Below are positions 11,315-19,890 of a stretch of DNA of 58,413 bases, piece by piece. The DNA lies in the NCBI GenBank assembly GCA_964422065.1, contig CAYQZW010000001.1, positions 1-58,413 of the forward strand. Reading direction: 5' to 3'. Each line of letters begins with the position of its first letter. The stretch's first letter is position 1. The translations under genes and the position numbers were made by a program. The notes below the pieces were generated by a model that searched no databases, was not told where the DNA came from, and saw nothing but the letters and a program-made list of their open reading frames with translations. Source of the DNA: an uncultured bacterium. Lineage in GTDB: Bacteria > Hydrothermota > Hydrothermia > WGAB01.

Positions 11315-11827
11315 ATGGAGCCACAAAAAGCCCGGAAGGGGTTCTGGAATACCGCCTTCTGGATCCGGTTTCTGGAAGGTGCGGACGACATCTTCCAGGT
11401 GCTCGTGGCGCTCGCCCTCTTGATCACAGCCGCACTGGTCTTCTGGGACCTCATGACCAAACTGCTGGGCGGGGTCGCACGAGGGGAACAGATCCTCCAA
11501 CTCGCATACCAACTGATCCATGACGCCCTGCTCGTGCTCATCATCCTCGAGTTGGTGTGGACTGCCGTGGGTTATCTTCGGAGCCGGACGTTGCCTTTGG
11601 AACCCTTCTTGATTGTCGCGGTGATCGCATCGGTGCGGCGGCTCCTGTTCCTCGGCGTCCAGACCGTGGAGGGCGAGATCCAGGTCATGATGCTCTGGGA
11701 TATCGCGATCCATACCATGATGGTCCTGATCTTTGCGTTGGCGCTCTATGCGGTGCGGAGAAGCCGTAAGTTTTTGAGTTTTCCTGCGGGCCCAACAGAG
11801 CACAGGAAAGGAGGAGCCACGCCATGA
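11315..11827 (+). CDS. PsiE-family (phosphate-starvation-inducible E-like) membrane protein
   Basis: Four-TM protein whose pattern (LVLIILELVW..IVAVIASVRRLLF) resembles PsiE. GGAGG abuts ATG 11306, so ATG 11315 (9-nt spacing) is the preferred start. Confidence 0.55.
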   Translation: MEPQKARKGFWNTAFWIRFLEGADDIFQVLVALALLITAALVFWDLMTKLLGGVARGEQILQLAYQLIHDALLVLIILELVWTAVGYLRSRTLPLEPFLIVAVIASVRRLLFLGVQTVEGEIQVMMLWDIAIHTMMVLIFALALYAVRRSRKFLSFPAGPTEHRKGGATP

Positions 11828-12708
11828 AGGTCTGGATGTTCCCCGGCCAGGGTTCCCAGAAGGTCGGGATGGGCCAAGCGCTCTATGAGACCCATGCCTG
11901 GGTACGGGAACTTTACGAGACGGCGGAGCGGATTCTGGGGTTGCCCTTACGGGAGGTCTCGTTTGAGGGGCCGGAGGCACGGCTGACCCAGACCCTGTTT
12001 GCGCAGCCTGCCCTGTTTGTGTATGAGGCCGTGTTGGCCCGGAGGCTGGAAGAACAAGGACAGACGCCGGACCTGGTCATGGGACACTCTCTTGGGGAGT
12101 TGACCGCGCTGTATGTGGCAGGGGTGTGGGACTTTGAAACCGCGGTCCGGATCGTGGGGGAACGCGCCCGGCTGATGCAGGAGGCATCAGAACAGGCGGC
12201 GGGGACCATGGCCGCAGTCATTGGCCTGCCGGTCCAGGAGATTGAGGCGGCGCTCCAAGAGGTGGACGGGACGGTGGTGGTGGCCAACCTGAATTCTCCA
12301 GAACAGGTGGTGATCTCCGGGGAGGTTGCGGCGGTCCAAGCGGCGATGGAGCACCTGAAGGCCCGAGGGGCACGGCGCGTGATCCCGCTGAGGGTCTCCG
12401 CAGCGTTCCACTCGCCGCTTATGGAGCCGGCGGCACAGGCCTTTGCAAAGGTTTTGGACGGAGCGGAGTTCCGGGCCCCCAGGGTGCCGGTCCTGTGCAA
12501 TGTCACAGCAAAAGCCACGACGTCCGCCGAAGCCGTACGGGAAGCCTTGAAGTTACAACTCCGCTCACCGGTCCGGTGGGCCGAATCCCTCCAAGAGGCG
12601 TACCGACAGGGGGCACGGTTCTTCCTGGAAGTGGGGCCCGGCCGGGTCCTCCAGGGGCTGGCCCGACGCACCCTCAAAGACGCTGAAGTTCAAGGCTATG
12701 AGGAATAG
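11824..12708 (+). CDS. fabD: malonyl CoA-ACP transacylase
   Basis: FPGQGSQKVGMG and active-site GHSLGE. ATGA overlap with the upstream gene. Confidence 0.9.
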   Translation: MKVWMFPGQGSQKVGMGQALYETHAWVRELYETAERILGLPLREVSFEGPEARLTQTLFAQPALFVYEAVLARRLEEQGQTPDLVMGHSLGELTALYVAGVWDFETAVRIVGERARLMQEASEQAAGTMAAVIGLPVQEIEAALQEVDGTVVVANLNSPEQVVISGEVAAVQAAMEHLKARGARRVIPLRVSAAFHSPLMEPAAQAFAKVLDGAEFRAPRVPVLCNVTAKATTSAEAVREALKLQLRSPVRWAESLQEAYRQGARFFLEVGPGRVLQGLARRTLKDAEVQGYEE

Positions 12709-12809
12709 GCAAGCCAGTAAGACATCGTGGATCATGATCCCGGTGAGGTCAAACCGTTCTTCTGGCCCTTGAGGATAGGGACTCTTCGCTATGCCGGAAA
12801 GACAGGAGT

Positions 12810-13973
12810 TTATTTGTCGGGAGGGGGTGTTTTCTGGATGGCGGGAAAGCCCGGCTGAAGGGTGAACGCCATCCCCAGATCGGAGAATCGGCCCACCTGG
12901 ACCGAGGGAGGGAGGGGTTTCTCAGTCGTCAGCCATTCCGCAAGCCATTGCATCATTCCGGGCGCACGCATGATGCCTGCGCCGTTGAAGCCTGCCGCAA
13001 GGACCAGACCTTCGGTCCCAGGGTACGGCCCCAGGAGCGGCACTTGGTCCGGAGTCCCTGCAAGGAGACCGGCCCATCCCTGCCCCAAAGTGGCCCTGGA
13101 AGACAATCGGGGGAGGAAGGTGCTCAGGGTTTCAGAGACGTGCTCATAGAACTCCGGGTCTGCTCCCTCCTTGTACCCGTCCGGATCTTGCGGAGTGAGT
13201 TGGGTCCCATTGCCCACAATCCATCGCGCAGGTTGTTCCGGCACGAGGTAGACGCCGGAATCCAGATCGTAGAGCGCCGGTCCTTCCAGGGTATCGCACT
13301 GTAAACTTCCGGCCTGGGCGCGGTAAGGGACCAGGGGCAGGGGCAGGCCCAGCCACTCCTTCAGGCGTTTGGCGGTCCACACCCCCATAGAGAGCACCAC
13401 CCAATCTGCCCGGACCTTTTCTTTGTCCTCCACGACCACGCCCACCACCCGTCCACGCTCGGTCCACAGCCCGGTGACCTTCTCTAAGAGCCGGACCGGC
13501 GTACCTGTATGGCGGAAATAGGTATAGAGGGCATAGCCGACGGCATAGGGGTTGACGTAACCGTCCTCCGCGCAGTAGGTGGAGCCGAGGATACCCAGGA
13601 TGCCATCCGGCAACTGCGGGCCAGGGCCGTCGTAGAACTCCACGGGGACCCCTCCATCTCTCTGGATGCGGTAGGCCTCATGGAGCGCTTCCAGGGCTTC
13701 TGGGGATCGTGCCAGCCAGGCCAGGCCGGTCCGTCGATACCGGAAAATCCCCCCAGACTTTTCCTGTACGGTCTGGTAGAAGGCGATGGAACCGCGGACG
13801 GCCAGGATATCCAAGGGCTTCCGCAATTGAAGTGTAACGATCCCGGCCGCTTTGGCCGAGCTTCCGCCGACCAAGTTGGCCTGGTCAAAGAACACCACCT
13901 CCACCCCCGCTTGCTTGAGGAAGTAGCCCAAGGAAAGGCCGGTGATGCCGGTGCCGACGATAGCGACCTTCAT
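12810..13973 (-). CDS. FAD-dependent oxidoreductase (DAO family)
   Basis: N-terminal dinucleotide fold KVAIVGTGITGLSLGYFL...FFDQ. Length and C-terminal pattern resemble sarcosine/glycine-oxidase-type enzymes. Confidence 0.8.
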   Translation of the reverse strand: MKVAIVGTGITGLSLGYFLKQAGVEVVFFDQANLVGGSSAKAAGIVTLQLRKPLDILAVRGSIAFYQTVQEKSGGIFRYRRTGLAWLARSPEALEALHEAYRIQRDGGVPVEFYDGPGPQLPDGILGILGSTYCAEDGYVNPYAVGYALYTYFRHTGTPVRLLEKVTGLWTERGRVVGVVVEDKEKVRADWVVLSMGVWTAKRLKEWLGLPLPLVPYRAQAGSLQCDTLEGPALYDLDSGVYLVPEQPARWIVGNGTQLTPQDPDGYKEGADPEFYEHVSETLSTFLPRLSSRATLGQGWAGLLAGTPDQVPLLGPYPGTEGLVLAAGFNGAGIMRAPGMMQWLAEWLTTEKPLPPSVQVGRFSDLGMAFTLQPGFPAIQKTPPPDK

Positions 13974-15331
13974 GAGGAAGGCAACCCGACGGCCATCTGG
14001 CGGGTTCGGTTGAGCATCTGGCGCCGCGCCAGGGCCAGCAGCCGGATCCGGGTTTTCTGAAGGGCCTTGTGCCGGTACTCCCGGGTTGCGTCTGTTGAGC
14101 CGGGGTGCCGGCGATAGTTGTACAGGACCCGATGAACGCGAAGGATCCGGAAATGTTCTGAGATCCGTAAGACCATATCGTAATCTTCGCCGTAATCGCC
14201 AAAGGACTTCTCATTGAAGGGGCCCAGGACTTCAAAGACCCGTTTTCGGAAGAACCGGAGTGCACCGGCCCCATCCACCCGGAGGATATTGTTCCGATCA
14301 AATTCAAGGTGGGTGACCGGGGCCAGGGGTACGGGTTGGCCATCCGGGTCCACGATGCGATAATACGAGATGGCCAGGCCGGCGTCCGGATTCCGCTCCA
14401 TGGTCTCCACCATTGCCTCCAGGGTCTCGGGCTCGTAGAAGTCATCGGAATCCAACTGAGCAATGTATTTCCCTCGGGCATGACGAATTCCGAAGTTAAT
14501 GGCCTCGGCGATATTGCCTGGGGGCTTGGAGACCAGCCGGACGCGGGGGTCACGGCGCTGGAATTGCCGGACGATCTCCGGGGTCTGGTCGGTGGACCCA
14601 GCGTCCACCACCACAATCTCAAAGTCCTGGAAGGTCTGTTTCAGCACACTCTCCAGGGCTTCTCCGATGTAATCTTGTCGGTTCCGGACGGGGATGACGA
14701 CGGAGACCGTTACGGGATAGGTCTGGGGGTCGGGCAGGGACTCATAGGTGCCGTCCAGGAGTGCTCCGCGCCGTCGGAGCATGGCTTTGAAGACCTGTTC
14801 GTATTCGCGTTCCGCGGCCTTGCCGTAGAAGAGGTAGTCAAAACTGTCGGAGAACGTGTATCGGTGGCGAGGGTCCTCCTGCAGATCGACACGATAAAGG
14901 GGCTCGGGGATATGTACCGCATACCATCCGTGCTCCTGGAACCGCAATCGGAGATCATAAAGCCAGGCATACCGAAGCGGTCGGACTCCACCCACGGCGT
15001 CCACGGCCTGTCGCCGGAGAAGGAAGACCTGTCCCAATTTGAACCGCTCCGTGATATCCCCGATGTCTTCCACCAGGGGCTGGACGGTGCCCTCTTCTTC
15101 GTAGTCGGAGAAGACCAGTGCACCAGGGGTTGTGGCAAATTTGGAAACCGCATGGGGGAAGAGCCGGACCAGTGGGGATTGGACAACGAGGAGATCGTAA
15201 GGGACTTCTTGGAGGAGTTGCCAGAGGAACGAGGGGGATGCGGGGTCCACAAACAGGACCCGATCCACGCTGGGGTCGCTGGGAGGCTCCCAGGAGCCCT
15301 GGAACAAGCAGACCAAGGTCACCCGGTTCAT
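13970..15331 (-). CDS. family 2 glycosyltransferase with an extra ~190-aa N-terminal domain
   Basis: GT-A core VSVVIPVRNRQDYIGEALESVLKQTFQDFEIVVVDAGSTD...AQLDSDD. 4-nt overlaps with both neighbouring genes. Confidence 0.8.
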   Translation of the reverse strand: MNRVTLVCLFQGSWEPPSDPSVDRVLFVDPASPSFLWQLLQEVPYDLLVVQSPLVRLFPHAVSKFATTPGALVFSDYEEEGTVQPLVEDIGDITERFKLGQVFLLRRQAVDAVGGVRPLRYAWLYDLRLRFQEHGWYAVHIPEPLYRVDLQEDPRHRYTFSDSFDYLFYGKAAEREYEQVFKAMLRRRGALLDGTYESLPDPQTYPVTVSVVIPVRNRQDYIGEALESVLKQTFQDFEIVVVDAGSTDQTPEIVRQFQRRDPRVRLVSKPPGNIAEAINFGIRHARGKYIAQLDSDDFYEPETLEAMVETMERNPDAGLAISYYRIVDPDGQPVPLAPVTHLEFDRNNILRVDGAGALRFFRKRVFEVLGPFNEKSFGDYGEDYDMVLRISEHFRILRVHRVLYNYRRHPGSTDATREYRHKALQKTRIRLLALARRQMLNRTRQMAVGLPSS

Positions 15332-15675
15332 GGCCGATAATACACAGAGAACCTTGGGGATTCCCAGAGGACCACGCCGATGAGCCGGTAATTCGGGCCG
15401 TGGAGCAGGGGTTCAAGGATCTCAAAGATCGCCCTTGCGATGTGTTCGGCGGTCGGGTTGTCAAAAAAGGCGTTCAGGTTCTTGCCGTGGAACCGCTGGA
15501 CCACATGCTCCTGAAGGATCCGGTCCACGTATAAGAAGTCCACAACGATATCGGGATTGGGGGTGCCCTCAAGGATCACCTCGCCACGAAAGCGGTGACG
15601 ATGGGTTTCCTCCCGGACCCCTTGGATCCGGACGGAATGTTCCGCGCGAAAACTGAACTGGACCCGAAGTTCCAT
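15328..15675 (-). CDS. PTPS/QueD-fold protein, divergent (catalytic Cys absent)
   Basis: FSFRAEH...THRHRF...VDF pattern of 6-pyruvoyl-tetrahydropterin/6-carboxytetrahydropterin synthases. ATG 15675 lies 4 nt after the archease TAG; the ORF-track start at 15690 is a TTG inside archease. Confidence 0.7.
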   Translation of the reverse strand: MELRVQFSFRAEHSVRIQGVREETHRHRFRGEVILEGTPNPDIVVDFLYVDRILQEHVVQRFHGKNLNAFFDNPTAEHIARAIFEILEPLLHGPNYRLIGVVLWESPRFSVYYRP

Positions 15676-15679
15676 GGTG

Positions 15680-16099
15680 CTACACGTCAAAGATGACCCG
15701 GGCGTACCAACCGTGCTCCCGTTTTTCGATCTGGAGCATGTGGTAGGTGACGGCCTTAATGCCCAGACGGACCCGATGCTTTTCGGGGTTCAGAGACTCT
15801 CCTTGTGCGGTGCCGGAAAGCATGAAGAGGTTGGGATCGACCTGCACAGAGAGGACTCTGGGGATAAACCCTTCGGCGTCAAAGTAAAACAGGAGTTCGG
15901 AGAGGAAGCCGAGGAAGAGGTCCTCAAGGCTGTGTTCCTGAAGGGACAGGGGCTTGGTGATTCGTGGCTGGACCTCGGAGAAGTTTTCGATCATCTCCTG
16001 GAACATGGCGAGCCCGGCCTCTTCAAAGAGGCCGTCGAGCGTTTTGGACTCCACCTCAATCCCAATGTCGCCTGTGTGATCTAAAACCCTATAGGTCAT
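15680..16099 (-). CDS. archease
   Basis: 139 aa with the hallmark N-terminal LDHTGDIGIEV, KAVTYHML and C-terminal ARVIFDV. Confidence 0.85.
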   Translation of the reverse strand: MTYRVLDHTGDIGIEVESKTLDGLFEEAGLAMFQEMIENFSEVQPRITKPLSLQEHSLEDLFLGFLSELLFYFDAEGFIPRVLSVQVDPNLFMLSGTAQGESLNPEKHRVRLGIKAVTYHMLQIEKREHGWYARVIFDV

Positions 16100-16177
16100 C
16101 GTCGGTGTTTTTCAGGGTTACCCCTGATCCAACCCATTGCCGATGCCATCCGTGGTGAAAGCCTCTGGAACGGCGTA

Positions 16178-16206
16178 AGTATAAGGCCCACCCAAAAATC
16201 CTTCAA
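16178..16206 (-). promoter_or_regulatory. sigma70-like promoter TTGAAG-17-TATACT upstream of archease
   Basis: Minus strand reads TTGAAG (16206-16201), 17 nt, TATACT (16183-16178), about 78 nt before the archease ATG. Confidence 0.4.
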
Positions 16207-16267
16207 AAGCGGAGATAAATATTGGGGACGAGTTTGCTCCCGGTCCGGGGAAATCAGGAGAAGGAGT

Positions 16268-17902
16268 TCAAGGGATCCAGAGTTTCAAGACCCGGTGATT
16301 GACCCGGAGGAAATACACGCCCCTCGAGGAAGGCTGATCGAGGGGAAGCACAATGGTGCCACGGGAAAGAGAAAGGGACCGGGCCCACAGCAAACGACCA
16401 GCAAGATCGTAGAGGGAGAGGCTGATCTTTTGAGGATGGGACAGTGTCAAGGTGAGGATAGGCCGCCCATGAGCATACTCCACAGAATACGCCGGTGGGA
16501 GAACGGACGTTGGACCTCTTTCCGCAACACTGACCGGGGGATTGAAGCCATAAATCCCGGAATTCCAAAGGTCATGGGCATATTGCCCCCAGGGCACCAT
16601 CGCAGAGTCAAAGGGCGCAGGAAGGTCAAAGACATAAATGATCATTGTATCCTGCATCATCACCGGATTACCAAGGGATAACACAGCCATTTCCAAGAGT
16701 CCGTCATTGTCGAGGTCGTCAATAAGAGGTGTACCAATTGTAGTCCCATACACTGAGACTGGCCAACCGTCGGGTTCTGAGCCATCGAGCCTATAAGCAT
16801 GCCATACACTCAAACTATCTTGGGTAAAGTGTCTTCCAATGACAACTTCTAACTGTCCGTCTCCATCCACATCTGCTATTGCAGGTTCACCCCCAATCAA
16901 CAATCCGTCATCTGGTATTTGCAAGTAAGATCCATCTCTCTTAATGATGACAAAATCAAAAATTCCATCGATTATAGCTTCTAATTGGCCATCATGATCA
17001 ATGTCTGCAATTGCAGGAGGGGCGTGGAAATCTTCATCCGGTATTTTGATTGGGAATCCATAAAGTTCTGTACCATCATATTTAAAGACATGAAAAAAAG
17101 CAGTATCTGATGTTCCTGGAGCTAAATTTGTTGGAAGAAGAATTTCAAAGGTATCGTCTTGGTCAAAGTCCGCAATTACTGGGGTAAGCCCATATATGAT
17201 ATTATTTAGATTAAAAACAACCGGAAAACCTGGCAGGAACGAATGTGTGTCTAAATCCCACACACCAAGAGCAGGTAATGAATCCTGCATAAATAATCCT
17301 ATTATTTCGGGAACACCGTCGTTATTTAAATCTCCCGCTATCATTCTGGTGTATATTGGGTTATTAAGAGGTTCCCAGTTGGGATATATTGAGCCATCGC
17401 CATTAAGGATTAATTGGTGACTGTGAACAAGAATTTCTGCGTCACCGTTATGATCAAGGTCACTTAAGGTGACAGGATATCTAACTCCGATCCCATAAGG
17501 AAGTAAATAGGGGAATCCGCTTGCTGATTCTCCACCAATATCATTTGAATAAACATTGGCCTGTGAAAATCCAGATATGGGTTTGTTGCCGAAAATAATG
17601 TACGGAGAATTGTTAGCCAGAATATTACCTATACCTACCGACTGCTGTGATGTTAAATTAGGCTGTTGGTACACGATTGGATAGCCAAAGATATTCTCGC
17701 CATTAATCCGGAATCCGTGCAATGAGAAAAATAAGGAGTTTCCTGTCACTACAAAAATTTCTTTATTTCTATCACCGTCAAAATCAAATGCCTTCAGACC
17801 ACCGTAAAACTCTATCCACGAACTACTTTGAACATATATTGGCCAGCCCGGTCTTACTTGAGGAGGTGTCAATATCAATAATATATATAAAAAATTCAAC
17901 AC
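16268..17902 (-). CDS. FG-GAP/VCBS-repeat beta-propeller protein with T9SS C-terminal sorting domain
   Basis: About seven DxDxDG-type repeats (FDFDGDRNKEI, DLDHNGDAEIL, DLNNDGVPEI, ADFDQDDTFEI, ADIDHDGQLEA, ADVDGDGQLEV, DDLDNDGLLEM). C-terminus SLSLYDLAGRLL...GVYFLRVNHRVLKLWIP is Por-tail-like. GTG/TTG start with no SD. Confidence 0.8.
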   Translation of the reverse strand: MLNFLYILLILTPPQVRPGWPIYVQSSSWIEFYGGLKAFDFDGDRNKEIFVVTGNSLFFSLHGFRINGENIFGYPIVYQQPNLTSQQSVGIGNILANNSPYIIFGNKPISGFSQANVYSNDIGGESASGFPYLLPYGIGVRYPVTLSDLDHNGDAEILVHSHQLILNGDGSIYPNWEPLNNPIYTRMIAGDLNNDGVPEIIGLFMQDSLPALGVWDLDTHSFLPGFPVVFNLNNIIYGLTPVIADFDQDDTFEILLPTNLAPGTSDTAFFHVFKYDGTELYGFPIKIPDEDFHAPPAIADIDHDGQLEAIIDGIFDFVIIKRDGSYLQIPDDGLLIGGEPAIADVDGDGQLEVVIGRHFTQDSLSVWHAYRLDGSEPDGWPVSVYGTTIGTPLIDDLDNDGLLEMAVLSLGNPVMMQDTMIIYVFDLPAPFDSAMVPWGQYAHDLWNSGIYGFNPPVSVAERGPTSVLPPAYSVEYAHGRPILTLTLSHPQKISLSLYDLAGRLLWARSLSLSRGTIVLPLDQPSSRGVYFLRVNHRVLKLWIP

Positions 17903-17914
17903 AGTTCTTGTTTA

Positions 17915-17950
17915 TTGGGGGGAGGGAAACTGCAGTTTCCCTCCCCCCAA
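17915..17950. repeat. perfect 36-nt palindrome (18-bp stem): TTGGGGGGAGGGAAACTG/CAGTTTCCCTCCCCCCAA
   Basis: Read directly from the sequence. It lies 7 nt after the stop of the small upstream gene and 12 nt before the FG-GAP gene start. No U-tract follows it on the minus strand. Confidence 0.9.
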
Positions 17951-17957
17951 TTTCTCC

Positions 17958-18329
17958 CTACCACTGGTCAGGATGGATATCTACATTTTTTGGAGGACTA
18001 ACAGGTCCGGTACCACTCGTTGCATTAGGTGCATATGCTAAATAGAACCTTTTGTACTGACATCCAAGACACATGTACAGTTCATAACTCCCATCGGGAT
18101 TTATAGCAGCAGGGCCATAGACCTCACTTGGGTCATCCACGTTAGTCGCCCAAACGTATCCGTCTGTCTTTAGTTTCCCGTTAATATCGTAGGCGTAGCC
18201 CCAGAACTTTGGTGCCTCTTGCGGATTATCTGCATGGGCAATTCTAGGCGTGATGCCCACAAGCCCGATGATGACAAGGGCTCCTATCAGAACACCCAGC
18301 ACCCTTTTGTTTTTTAGATACGTCCTCAT
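17958..18329 (-). CDS. small secreted protein of unknown function
   Basis: Signal peptide KRVLGVLIGALVIIGLVGITPRIAHA. GGAGGTG lies 6 nt before ATG 18329. AT-rich codon usage. No family recognised. Confidence 0.6.
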   Translation of the reverse strand: MRTYLKNKRVLGVLIGALVIIGLVGITPRIAHADNPQEAPKFWGYAYDINGKLKTDGYVWATNVDDPSEVYGPAAINPDGSYELYMCLGCQYKRFYLAYAPNATSGTGPVSPPKNVDIHPDQW

Positions 18330-18363
18330 CACGCACCTCCCACATTTTGGCTTTGATGATCCC

Positions 18364-18392
18364 CATTATCCCCCCCCCTACATGTTTGTCAA
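18364..18392 (-). promoter_or_regulatory. near-consensus promoter TTGACA-(16/17)-GATAAT/ATAATG with a G9 tract in the spacer
   Basis: Minus strand reads cTTGACAaacatgtaGGGGGGGGGATAATGGGG. The -35 is at 18392-18387, the C9 run on the plus strand at 18370-18378, and the -10 at 18370/18369-18364. It sits about 35 nt upstream of ATG 18329. Confidence 0.5.
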
Positions 18393-18795
18393 GTTCTATT
18401 TGGCTTATTAAAATCTATACGGAATTGGGATCATCGGTTTATTGAAAAAAGGTGTAAAAACCATTCCATTGGAGTCTACCTGGCGATGAACCATGAAAGA
18501 GAGCGAACCACTGAATCGCCGTTCAAGCGACTCCTACAAAAAACAGATCTTACAAGAAAACAGAGAAGGAAGGTCACGACCAGGCCAACGAAGAACGATG
18601 TAGGAACGCTTCCGCCGCGATGAAAAATTTCACAAAGTAACACCCTTATCATAGGAACTTCCCATCAATTGAATGTAACCTGTGTCAACGGAAAGCCTTC
18701 CCCATAGATTTTCTCCTGAACCAACGAGAATGCGAAGATGCAGGGGGGTTCGAATTTTCGCCCGACCGAGAGGAAGGTTTATCATAATTGCCGTT

Positions 18796-19890
18796 ATGAA
18801 AGACCTTTATGTGAAGGACCTGGAAGAATGGATTGACCAGCCCATCGAGTCGGTGTTTGTCGTGGCAAAAGCCGAGTCCCGGCTCCGGAAGACCGGCGAA
18901 CGGTTCCTCGTCGTAGTTCTTTCGGACAAGACCGGCAAGATTGAGGGCACCGTCTTTGACGACGTTGACGCGCTCGCGCCCGTGTTGACCCGTGGCCAGG
19001 TGGTGCGGATCCGCGGCCAGGTCTCCCTTTACCAGAACGCGCCCCGGGTCCGCATCCACACCGCAGAGGTAACCGAGGACTATGACATCGCCGACCTCAT
19101 CCCTTCCTCCCCCCATGAAATCCCTGCCATGTTTCAGGAACTGCAAACCCTCCTGAACACCCTCCGAAACCCCTACCTTCGGGATCTGGTGACCGTGCTC
19201 TTTGACGACCCGGAGTTTGTGGAAAAACTCAAGAAGGCGCCCGCCGCGATCCGGTATCACCACAATTACATGGGTGGCCTCCTGGAACACACACTGAACC
19301 TCCTGCGTCTGGCGGATGTGGTCGCAGCGACCTATCCCAGCGTAGATCGTGACCTCTTACTGGTCGGTGCCCTCCTGCATGACATCGGCAAGATTGACGA
19401 GTACACGCTGTTTCCGGTTATTGAACAGACCGATGAAGGGCGGCTTCTGGGACACATCCTGATGGGGTATGAACGGGTCCAAAAGGCCATAGACAGGGTG
19501 CGTGAACGGCGGGGGGATTTCCCGGAGGAACTGCGTCTCCGATTGCTCCATCTTATCCTTTCCCACCATGGGGAGTTGGCGAAGGGGTCGCCCGTTGAGC
19601 CCCGCACCTTAGAGGCCCAGATCCTCCACTTTCTGGACTATTTAGATTCTCGCGTCTGGATGTTTGAAGAGGCGGCCCAGCACCCTACCGAGCCCGGTGC
19701 CCGATGGTCTGAATACTGGAAACCCCTCTCCCGGTCCGTGTTTATCGGGGGTCCAGAAACCGGACCCGTAGACCCAGAGGACCCACAAGCGATGGAGGAC
19801 GCACCTCCTGAGGATCCAGGCAGACACCATGAACCGCATCTCTTTCGCACTTCTGGGTCCGAGGATACGTCCAAGGAGGGTTTGTTCTGA
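18796..19890 (+). CDS. OB-fold + HD-domain 3'-5' exoribonuclease, YhaM-like
   Basis: N-terminal OB region (FLVVVLSDKTGKIEGTVFDD) and HD domain (HHNYMGGLLEHTL, ALLHDIGK). Start moved to MKDLYV (ATG 18796). Confidence 0.75.
   Translation: MKDLYVKDLEEWIDQPIESVFVVAKAESRLRKTGERFLVVVLSDKTGKIEGTVFDDVDALAPVLTRGQVVRIRGQVSLYQNAPRVRIHTAEVTEDYDIADLIPSSPHEIPAMFQELQTLLNTLRNPYLRDLVTVLFDDPEFVEKLKKAPAAIRYHHNYMGGLLEHTLNLLRLADVVAATYPSVDRDLLLVGALLHDIGKIDEYTLFPVIEQTDEGRLLGHILMGYERVQKAIDRVRERRGDFPEELRLRLLHLILSHHGELAKGSPVEPRTLEAQILHFLDYLDSRVWMFEEAAQHPTEPGARWSEYWKPLSRSVFIGGPETGPVDPEDPQAMEDAPPEDPGRHHEPHLFRTSGSEDTSKEGLF

Noticed and set aside
18486-18623. A 45-aa highly basic small ORF (MNHERERTTESPFKRLLQKTDLTRKQRRK...) in the AT-rich intergenic region.
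   Set aside because: It has only a weak, distant GGAG, no recognisable fold or motif, and an equally long overlapping alternative frame. The evidence is insufficient.
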